Source: Octopus sinensis (Eukaryota). From it: a stretch of 64,000 nucleotides of DNA. The notes below the pieces were generated by a model. The model was not told where the DNA came from. It saw only the letters and a list, made by a program, of their open reading frames with translations, and did no database searches. The stretch covers positions 9,209 to 73,208 of the forward strand of contig NW_021833708.1 of assembly GCF_006345805.1 (NCBI RefSeq), in the 5' to 3' direction. This document shows positions 1 through 11,200 of this stretch, one piece after another (the stretch's first letter is position 1; the number at the start of each line of letters is the position of its first letter). A program made the position numbers and the translations under genes.

Positions 1-501
1 TATGTGTATATATGTATATATATATGTATGTATATATATATATATATATATAAGTAAATACAATGTCATGTAATCATTCTCCAAGTTTTCCACATTTGCC
101 AAGATCACGTAGTTTGTGGCATATCATATGATTAACTTTATCAAAAGCTTTTGCAAAGTATATTACGTCCACATTTGTGTTGTTAAGTAACTGTTTCAGC
201 ACCCAGTCATTGTGCTATAGGAGCTGTGTCAGGCAACTCCTACTTGGTCGAAAACCATGCTATCACTCAGCAAGTCACTTTCTTCCAGGAATGACTTTGC
301 TTGTGTGTGAAGTCAGAGACATAGGCCTATAAGTTATGGCACCTGCTCTGCTTGCTCCTTCATGGATTGGGCATATTATTCCCTTCTAAAGTTTGCTTGG
401 CAGCTTGCCATTCGCAAGAAAACTCTGGAGGAAAATCTGTAGTGGTTTTTCCTGGCATATATATGTATATACATTATATATATATATACATATATATATA
501 T

Positions 502-1285
502 AAATATTGATCATAGAACAAACATCAAATTCGAGTCAGCGACTTTATATATAACACCGTAACATTTCATCATATATAAATATTACCATGGCTCTTAAAC
601 ATAAAAAGTATACATATATAAAATACAAAGAAGGTGAAAAATATATACACGAATAAAAACACAGATATATAGAACAGCCTATCAAGAAGGTATATACAAT
701 TGGCTAAAAATTCCAAAGCGTGTCTTGCTGCTAAAAATCCAATTAAACTAAAATAAAATATTAATCGACTAAACAAAGAATTTGTTGAGATTCCTGTTCA
801 TCATGATGTGGGGGTCATTGTCGAGATGTGCCTTAACTCGTAATCGAATCGCAGCAATGAACTCCTAAAATGGCCATAGGTGTGTTTGACTTGATTTTGT
901 GGAACTCTTTTTGCTCCTGGATTCTAACCTACTATGGGTTTTATGAAACAAACTTTTTTGACATACTCTTTCATTTGAGGGGAGTAAGAAAATTTTTCTT
1001 TTTAGTCGATATTTTATTTGGATTTTTAGTAGCATGACACGCTTTAGAATTCTTAGTCGATTGTATATACCTTCTTGATAGGCCGTTCTATACACCTGCA
1101 TTTTATTCACATATATTTTTAACTTTGATGATTTTTATGTCTACTTTATATGTTTTTTTATATATGTATACTCTGTATGTTTAAGAGCCATGGTAATATT
1201 TATATAGGATGAAATGTTTGGAGATACGGTGTTATATATAAAGTCATTGACTCGAATTTGATGTTTGTTTTATGATCAATGTTTC
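502..1285. repeat. Inverted repeat, ~270-bp arms (502-775 / 1001-1285)
   Basis: aaacatcaaattcgagtca..gactttatatataacaccgt..aatattaccatggctcttaaacata on the left arm matches the reverse complement of the right arm. Confidence 0.85.
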
Positions 1286-1387
1286 TTTATCTCTGTCTCA
1301 GTTACATTTGAGCACTTCTTTTTTTGCAGTCCTATAAACCCTTTGTTTCCATAAAAAGGAGACAAAAATTATTTCTTGTCGTATATA

Positions 1388-1788
1388 TCTTTATATATAA
1401 AAGAGAAATTGTGTGTCTGTCTCCTACGATTTAGATTCCTAACTACTCCCACATTTTGCAGTGCAGTTTAACCAAAACCGGATATCTTATTGTCGTGATT
1501 CATATCGAGCCCTTCTGGGTATTAGCGCACGTCTACGATGTGTCTACGATTTTAAAATTAATTTACTATAATTTTTTTTTCCATTTTAATGCATTTTTTC
1601 GCTATTATATAAGGGAAGTAACACTCTAAAAATGTCTACGATGAGTCAACGATTTAAAAAAAAATTTACCATCACTTTTTTTTCCATTTTTAATGCATTG
1701 TTTTGCTAATTTTTGGCTATAACTCTCTAAAAATGCTTATATAGTTATTTCCCTTACAAACCCGAGCAACGCCGGGCGATACTGCTAG
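1388..1788 (+). mobile_element. Non-autonomous Helitron-like element
   Basis: 5' A|TCTTTATATATAAAA, subterminal hairpin CCCGAGCAACGCCGGG, 3' CTAG|T; inserted between A and T with no TSD. Confidence 0.65.
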
Positions 1789-1799
1789 TATATATGTAA

Positions 1800-2095
1800 A
1801 AGGGCACCATTCGAGCGTGATCATTACCAACGTCGCCTTACTGGCACCTGTGCCAGTGGCATGTGTAAAAAGATTCGAGCAAGGTCATTGCCAGTACTGC
1901 CTAACTGCCCCCCATGCCGGTGGCACATAAAAAGCACCCACTACACTCTCGGAGTGGTTGGCATTAGGAAGGACATCCAGCTGTAGAAACTCTGCCAGGT
2001 CAAGATTGGAGCCTGGTGCGGTCATCTGGTTCGCCAGCCCTCAGCCAAAATCGTCCAACGCATGCTAGCATGGAAAGCGGACGTTAAACGATGAT
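1800..2095 (+). mobile_element. RTE-type LINE/SINE 3' tail
   Basis: ggcacataaaaagcaccc...gttggcattaggaag...catgctagcatggaaagcggacgttaaacgatgat; the same motif recurs at 17300-17710, 22700-22952, 27420-27700(-) and after the RTE RT fragment at 32420-32665. Confidence 0.6.
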
Positions 2096-2099
2096 ATAC

Positions 2100-2332
2100 A
2101 TACTTTTTTGCTACCCACAAGGGGATAAATACAGAGGGGACAAACAAGGACAGACAAACGGATTAAGTCGATTACATCGACTCCAGTGCGTAACTGGTAC
2201 TTAATTTATCGACCCCCGAAAGGATGAAAGGCAAAGTCGACCTCGTTGGAATTTGAACACAAAACGTAGCGGCAGACGAAGTACGGCTACGCATTTCGCC
2301 CTGCATGCTAACGGTTCTGCCAGCTCGCCGCA
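2100..2332 (-). mobile_element. tRNA-derived SINE (family with GGCGGCGAGCTGGCAGAA head)
   Basis: Reverse complement has A/B-box-like head (gttcaaattcc) and body gtcgactttgcctttcatcctttcggggtcg; other copies at 22955-23150, 35985-36135, 52455-52683, 53925-54095, 63675-63810. Confidence 0.7.
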
Positions 2333-3740
2333 TATACACACATCGCATACACGTGCACAAAAAAAGGTTCATACACATGTCTATATACGCACATGCACAA
2401 GTAAAAACAGGGCTAGAGGCAACATACATATGAAAAATAAGTAATAAAACACGTCTATATACACGCATACCCGTATGCACGTACACACACACGTCTCTAT
2501 ACGCGCATACCCGCATGTCTATATACGCACTCGCACACAAAAAGGTTCATATACACATCTATATACGCACATGTACAAGAAAAAACGGCTAAAGGCAAAA
2601 TAGAGGAAAATGGGCAAAAAGTGTGTAAAAACGACAAAGACTAAAACACGTCTATATACACACATACTCGCATGCACGTGTGTCCACGTACAAGCTTTTT
2701 ATCTCTCTATACTTTTTACTTATATTTCTTTATATTTTATATATATACATATCTATATATATTTTTTACGTATTTATAGAGATATTGTTTTATAGGTTTA
2801 TTGCTCATATATTTTTTACACATATTATTTCTCTATTCTACCTTCCACCCTGCATTTTCCCTGTGCGTATATAGACGTGTATATGGAATCTTTTGTGCGC
2901 ACGTGTGGATGTGTGCATGTGTGTGGATACAAGCGTATATAGATGTATGTGTGTGTGTGCATGCGAGCATGTGCGTATATAGGACGTGATTTACTTATTG
3001 TCTTTTTACATATTTTTTTACACATTTTCCTGTATTTTTCCCTTTGGCCGTGTTTTTTCTTGTACATGTGCGTATATAGACGTGTGTATGAACCGTTTAT
3101 TATGCGCGCATGTGTGTGTGTGTATATAGACATGCGGCTATGTGTGTATATAGACGTGTGTGTTGACCAGACTATCAAATGCTGTTACACATCCCTGGTC
3201 ACAATGTGCTTTGCATCATTTCATCTTTCAAGCAGGCCAGTGAGTGTTCCCCCTAATCACAACACAAGTCTATTGGAGGGTGATCCATTTACAGCTGAGT
3301 GGACTGCAGCAAAGTGAAATGAGGTGTTTTTGCTCAAGAATACAAGGGACTGCTCAGTATGGGAATTGAACCCACAATCTAGCCACTGTGAGTGCAACAC
3401 CCAAACCACTAGGCCACATGCCTTTACACACACATGCGCACACAAACACACACGCACACACACACACATGTATACATATGCATATACATAGATGTACATA
3501 TGCTTGCATATGCATGTATGGTAGTCATTTTTACGTCTGTTTTCCATGCTAGCATGGGTTAGATGAATATGTATTTGATGCCTTTTTTTATTTCTGGATC
3601 CCCTTCATGTCCTTAATCCTTACCTGTTGCTCAAGTAGGGGATCTCTTATTCCAATGGTCTATTCGTCAACGGGAGAAATGATTACAATCTAATCACCGA
3701 AAGCTAAGAAATTGCCAGAGACAACAAATGTAAATACACA

Positions 3741-4287
3741 CACGCTTGTGTGTGTGTATGTGCTTGTGTGTGTGTGTATGTGTGTGTGCATGTGTGTGTG
3801 TATGTGTGTATGCTTGTGTGTCACACAAGCACACACATACAAGCACACACAAGGACAAGCAGACACACACACACTAGCACAAACACACACGCACACACAC
3901 ATACACACACACACATACACACACACACACACAAGCACACACACACACACAAGCACACACACACACACACAAGCACACACACACACACACAAGCACACAC
4001 ATACACACACACAAGCACACACACAGGCCTGTGTGTGTGCGTTTGTGTGTGTGTGCGTATGTGTGTGTGCTTGTGTGTGTGCCTGTGTGTGTATGTGTGT
4101 TTGCTTGTATGTGTGTGTGTGCTTGTATGTGTGTGTGTGTGTGCTTGTATGTGCGTGTGTGCTTGTATGTGTGTGTGTGTTTGCTTGTATGTGTGTGTGT
4201 GTGTGCTTGTATGTGTGTGTGTGTTTGCTTGTATGTGTGTGTGTGTGTGCTTGTATGTGTGTGTGTGCTTGTGTGTGTGTGTGCTGG

Positions 4288-4323
<36 letters not shown>
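3741..4323. repeat. Compound CA/GT microsatellite palindrome centred on AGGCCT (4025-4030)
   Basis: (acaagcacacac)n to the left and (gcttgtatgtgtgt)n to the right of cacacacacAGGCCTgtgtgtgtg. Confidence 0.85.
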
Positions 4324-4567
4324 ACCAATGAGACTGTGATAAGCAGAGCAATGTAGCAAACCAAAAGATGCAACACAATGACTGTTGTTAGGTTTATTAG
4401 TGTCAAGAAGAACATTCAGCTATAAATAATTGTTGAGATAAGCTGAAGTTTTTAATATTTATGTCATTTCATGGGAGATTTGAGAAACACAGTCTTCTTT
4501 AAATTGCTCTTTACCTCATTTTATAAGTTTTTAAAAACCATCTTACTTTCCTTTTTATTCAAAAGAC

Positions 4568-4651
4568 ATGGATGTAAATAAGATTATAAGCAACATTCTG
4601 GATGGGGACTTTAAAGATGTCGAACGATTTATCAAAGAAAATCCTGAAACT
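4568..4651 (+). CDS. Exon 1 (first visible coding exon): [28 protein letters not shown]
   Basis: ATG at 4568 lies 2 nt after a pyrimidine-rich acceptor (ttcctttttattcaaaAG, 4564-4565). Donor GTAAGT at 4652; phase 0 joins exon 2. An upstream UTR or coding exon cannot be excluded. Confidence 0.7.
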
Positions 4652-7600
4652 GTAAGTTTACTTTATATTGCTTCCTCAATGTTAAATGTTTGTTTATTAT
4701 TTTATACACAATATTAAATGTTCCTAAATAACCAGATATATTTGTCCATAATATTTCATTTCTTTCTTTACCTCTTTCTTCTAATCCTCATCATTGTCAC
4801 TTTTTATAAACATTCAACCAGACAATGAGGCATGCCAGAATTGATGGAATGTGAGTGAGAGAGAAACCCATCCTCACACACTGCAATGGAGTATTCTGGC
4901 AGGAAATATTCAGTCCAAGAGATGGGGGAAAGATGGACCCAATAGATAAATGATGACTTTGTCAAGAAATTCTCTTGCCATACACAGTTGAAGGTTTTAC
5001 CGATGTCATGGGCTACGCTATATCTTTTGCAGAAGTTGTCAAACATAACCAAAACACTGGGGAGTCACGTAGGAATCAGACCCCTGCTTGAACCGGCTTT
5101 ATGGAACTGTACTGGGGCTCATTGAATAGAGAAAGATACCCAAAGGGACAAAGATGATGGTTGTTTATGACTTTTTACTTCATAATTGAAATATTGGAAG
5201 TTAGAATGACTGGCTGGTAGTCAGCAGACAGGACACTATCAGCAAGAATTATAAAACAGGGCTTCTCTAAGATAGTAGTACTTTCCTTCGGTAGGGATTG
5301 CGAAGAATTTTATAAGGACCAGGGAGCCAAGGAGGCTATGGTGGTACAAATATATGAAACTCAATGTGTAGTTGAGTTTGGATCAGAGAACCATCATGGT
5401 TAGGGAGTGGTGGGTGGAATGATTCTGTAAAATCTATAGAGATACTCTTGGTAAGAGACCAGAAAATGAGGCTTTAATTTGGAAGGGAAGACAGCTGACA
5501 AATGGTGAAATGCAGAAAAAACATCCTTTATTTTCTTGATGACCATCATACATGTATTTCAATGGTGGGTGAATGTCTGCCAGTTAGTGAGGGTAGGTGT
5601 TTTCCTCAAGGAGAAGTCGATAGTGTTGTTTGTACAGCTGTAATACAGTTGTGTATGAACCACTCACACCTTCTTACATATTGTATGGCTACAAACTAAT
5701 GTAAGCCCTGATACTGCTGCCGCATTTAGGCTCAAAATTCTGATCACTACTTTCATAATATTTCTTATTTTCTCCATTGTCTTTTCATTGTGTCTACCTT
5801 TCCATAGTTGCTCAATTAGTTGTGATTGGTGTCGTTCAAAGATGTCACAGATGTCTAATTACAAGTAATTACTTTGTAATAGATTCAGTGACTAACATAA
5901 ATAGATTTTCAATCTTTCCTTGAGCTTATGCATGAACTAAACAGTCTTTCTAAGCCTTTTCCAACTTGATTTACCTGTGCTCTACACCTTTCTTGTAGAT
6001 TTGCTTTCATTCTTTTCCAAGTAGATCCCACATTGCTGTTTCACCAGACATATGACATCTGAAGATCCATGCTTCATTTCAAACATCCTGTTCTTCTCTC
6101 ACCATTTCTTAAATCTCCTTCATCATTATAGCATTAAATAAAAGTGCTACTATGCCAGGCATCAGTGATAACAGTGTAGAATTTCATGAGCTTTACCAGG
6201 GAATACTAAACTAAAATCTCTCTCCTTTGATATATTTTATATATCTTCTCTTTCTTCTCTTCAGGTCAACCAAATAAACTCACACAGTAAAACTTTCTTA
6301 ATGGCAGCTTGTGAACAGGGCAGCACAAGTCTAATAGCCTTCTTGATAGAATCTGGAGCCAATATGGACATGAGTGACAAGGAAGGTCTGACAGCATTAC
6401 ATTATGCTGTGATTAGGTAAGGCTTGAATTAACTAAAATCTTCAGATCTGTTTTTGTTTTGAAATTTTTTGCAATTCCAGACTATTTGAATATCCACAGA
6501 TACCATAATAGTGACAGTGTGACACGATAACAGCATGATAGTAGTAACCAAATAACATCTTTTACTCATTTTCTCCATGAATCCTCTTCATTGAATCACC
6601 AAAATCTTTTTCGTTATTTGTTGTCAAAACAGATTATTTTTGTTTTCGAGATATTCTTTGAGATCCAACAGTTCTTAAGATTGACCCAATGTGATTCAGT
6701 GTCTTCTCTTCATATTGATTATGGAGAGATCGATCAATTTTTCTCCAAAGAAAATGTTATTTGAGATCTAAAGCAACAAGAAAGATTCTCAAGCTTGTTT
6801 TTGCAGTAAATAATCTGTAAATTTCTTACAGAAATTATTTCTCACCTCCATCAGCAACTCAACACATTTTGAGATCTATTATATTTTGAATTGTGCTTTA
6901 TAAGGTCATCTCTGGACAATAAAACATGTTTTGAAGTTCTTGTTAGTTTCTATAGCTTCTGCAGTCACAAATTGTTCCAGAATTTTGCACAAACACGCAC
7001 ACATCATCATCGTCATCGAATGTTGCTTTTCCATGCTGGCATGGGTAGGAGGGTTTGATAGGAACAGACAAGTCAGAAGACCACACCAAACACTACTGTC
7101 TGCTTAGGTTTGGTTTCTATGGCTGGACGACCTTCCTAACACCAACCACTTTGCAGAGTGTACTGAATGCCTTTTACATGCCATCAGAACCAGTGAGGTC
7201 ACCAATTAATTGCAAGACAAAGACCTCTCGACTGGTTGAGGTGGTGGGATGGGGGAGCTAATATTGCTGGAGAGAAAGGTGTCTTGCATTAGAAGAGGGA
7301 CATGTCTCTCTTCAGATGGAGAAGACAGAGGAGGGAAACACTAGGTTAAAAAATTCTGTTTGGTCCAAGCAAAGAAAAAGGAAAAAATAGTGCAATAGGT
7401 GTGAAACAACATGTAGTAAACGAATACTCTTACTCTTTTACTTGTTTCAGTCATTTGACTGTGGCCATGCTGGAGCACCGCCTTTAATCGAGCAACTCGA
7501 CCCCGGGACTTATTCTTTGTAAGCCCAGTACATATTCTATCAGTCTCTTTTGCTGAACCGCTAAGTGACGGTGACATAAACACACCAGCATCGGTTGTCA

Positions 7601-8248
7601 AGCAATGCTAGGGGACAAACACAAACACACAAACACACACGCACACATATATATATATATACATATATACGACGAGCTTCTTTCAGTTTCTGTCTACGAA
7701 ATCCACTCATAAGGCTTTGGTCGGCCCGAGGTTATAGTAGAAGACACTTGCCCAAGGTGCCACGCAGTGGGACTGAACCTGGAACCATGTGGCTGGTAAG
7801 CAAGCTACTTACCACACAGCCACTCCTGTGCCTATGAAAAAAAATATGGCGAACGGGAGGTGGGGAGACGACTCTGAAAATTCAAATCTCACCACTTCCC
7901 CATTCGTCGGCGAATTTTTTGTTCTTCATTTTCGTTTTTTACACATTATTTTACACCCAGTACTCTACTTTTGTTCAATTTTTGTGACGGTGTGGGTGGG
8001 TGGGGTGCGGACTTGGATGATTCACACGATCCGGTAACCTCACTAGACAACTGGTCCCAAAAATGAAAACAAGAAGTGTAATAGGTGTAAAGCAACGTTG
8101 AGTTTTCGGATCCTGTGAGATTGATCGTGTGAATTTTCCGAGTCGTCTCCACCACCCCTCGTTCGCCAACGTATTCGTTTACTACATGTTATTTTACACC
8201 TATTGCACAATGTTTTTTGCTCGAGTCAAACACTGGAGTTTAACTTAT

Positions 8249-8282
<34 letters not shown>

Positions 8283-11200
8283 GTGGAAGCACTCCGTCGG
8301 TTACGATGATGAGGGTTCCGGTTGATCCGAATCAACGGAAAAGACTGCTCGTGAAATTAACGTGTAAGTGGCTGAGCACTCCACAGACGCATGTACCCTT
8401 AACGTAGTTCTCAGGGATATTCAGCATGACACAGATAGTGACAAGCCCGGCCCTTTGAAATACAGGTACAACAGAAACAGGGAGTAAGAGAAAGTTGTGG
8501 TGAAAGAGTAAAGCAGGGATCACCACCATCCCCTGCCGGAGCCTCGTGGATCTTTTAGGTGTTTTCGCTCAATAAACACTCACAACGCCCGGTCTGGGAA
8601 TCAAAACCGCGATCCTATGACCGCGAGTCCACTGCCCTAACCACTGGGCCATTGCGCCTCCACTATATATATATATATATATGTATCTATATATATATAT
8701 CTATCTATATATATATATATACACACATATATATATATATATACACACACATATATATATATACATACACACACACACACATATATATATACACACACAC
8801 ACACAAATATATAATAAATATTGGTTTGTTTATATATTCATTTATGTGTGTTATATGACCGCCATACTTCCTTGTTGGTCACTGTTTCTTTTGGCGGTAA
8901 AAATACGTCTCGTTGCCCTTAACAACAAACTTTCTCTTGCATAGTCTGTTGCTATGACAACATTACATTTGCAGACGTAGTTTTCCCGCCAATTACGACG
9001 TGCTGTTGTTGTTGTTGTTTTTTTAGATTGATGAGAAATCTGCTATCAATTAGTTTGTCTATAATTTTCAGACATTCCATCTTTCGCAAAAGGATTACAA
9101 TACATTTTTCAATGTATACCAAATATATAGATACTAACAACGGTACTTAATCCTTGTTTTGTATTGTACACTCGCTGGGATAAAAATATTTATACTTTAT
9201 ACCCTCACCTATTAATATGTGTATACACACACACGTACACATTTGTTTACTGTGTATTAACGATTATACGTATTTCAGTGGCTCATATTACTCTGTCTGT
9301 CTTTCTCTCTATATACATACATATATATATATATACATACACATACATGCATATATATATATATAAATATATATATACATACACATATACACCTATATAA
9401 TATTATTGACTTTGACATTTCAACTAGCGATATATACATACATATATGTATGTATGTGGGTGTATATATGTATGTATATATATATATATATACATACATA
9501 TATGTATGTATGTGGGTGTATATATGTATGTATATATATATATATATATAGGCATACTTACACAACTGGGCCCCCACGACGAATTTGTTTCCTTATAACT
9601 TTTAGACAGATGGATATCTTTTGATGAAATTTCTATGACAAAAATGCTTCAAATGATGAAGATTCCAATTATATTGGAATTTGTTGTGAAAACAAATTTT
9701 CAAACGTTGAGAAGTTGACTTAAATCCTTATAGAAACTTTCAGAAAAATGGATATTTTGTTTGTGTGAAAATTTCTACAAATCCCTTTCAAAGGATTAGA
9801 TTAGGATTATATCGGAATTTAACATGAAAAAACGTTAAATATTTGGTGGATACACACACATATATACTGACAACATCACGGTTATTTTTCCAAAGTTCAT
9901 CTTTCAGTTCTGATGTGTATCAGTGTATATCTCTGCGAATCCACCAATTTAACTTTTCTTCATATTAAATTCCGATATAAGTGGAATCTTCACCATCTGA
10001 AACGGTTTTATTGAAAATTTCATTAGAAAATATTTATTTTTGGGAAAGAAAGCCGACTCGGGCAAACTTTCCCAATTTCTCTGCACCCACTAAAAATTTT
10101 TTCTCACAATAAATTCCAATATAATTGGAATCTTCGCCTTCTGAAGCATATTTTTGAAAGAAATTTCATTAAAAAATATCGTTTTTCTAGAAGTTACAGG
10201 GTAACAAATTCGTCGGGGGAGCACACTTGTGTAGTTATGTCTATACAGGCATGCACGCACACAGACATATATATATATATACACACGCGGCTGTAATATA
10301 TATATATAGGTTTTTATGCATTTAATTGAACACGAGTGTATATTTAATGTAATTGTTAAGTGAATGTCTGTGATGTTTTATGTATTTTCCTTCCTTTTAG
10401 ATATAAAATTGATGCAGTGGCCTCCTTAGTTTCCAGGGGAGCAAATGTTAATAAGCAGGACTCAGACGGCGACACACCTCTACATCTGGCTGTGAGGAAC
10501 AACTATGAAGATGTAGTCAAAGTCCTGTTAAGTAGCAAAGGAAATAACACTTTACAGGTTAGCGAATACATTTATATTTGTGTATATAGATATGTATATA
10601 TATGTATGTGTGTGTTATATGTATATGATGTATACATACAGTTTAGTGCCCCAAATTTCGTTTCTTCATAACTGATGATCCATATTATTTTAAATAAAAC
10701 TTGCTGCAAGACTTCCTTTTCTACCCCACAAAGAAACCACCCTTTCTTTAAATTTTTTTCCCCGACACAAATCCCGCTTTTCGGTTAAGGGAAATACGAA
10801 TCTGCAAAAAAATTGGCAAAAATCGGCATTTTTAAATTACCCCCACCCCCATTTCCTTCATTCTTTACTTTTTTCACAATTTTTTTTTTTTTCAGAATTT
10901 GCAGAAAAATACGGAAATGATGATTCGGACAAAAATTTCAAAACATTTCTGTAGTTGGGGTTAGGGTTAGTGTTGGGGAAAAAAAGTCAAAGTTGAAGAA
11001 TTTTGGAGGGGGTGGAAATTCCACTGCCGATTTTTTGGCAATTTTCCGGAACCTCCGAGTCCGAAATCGGGGGGTTTTGGCAAAAAAATTCTTTGAATAA
11101 GCAAATTTAGGTGAAAATGGTGGTGGTGGTGGTGGGGGGACTCTTTTGAAAGTTGCTCATTTCCTTGTGTGAGAGTGTATATATATATATATATGTGAGA

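Noticed and set aside
3690-4415. Long overlapping ORFs rich in HT/CV dipeptides
   Set aside because: They are translations of CA/GT microsatellites in all frames with no domain signal.
10955-10970. GGGTTAGGGTTAG telomere-like motif
   Set aside because: Only two units, embedded in a MITE-like repeat; not an interstitial telomere array.
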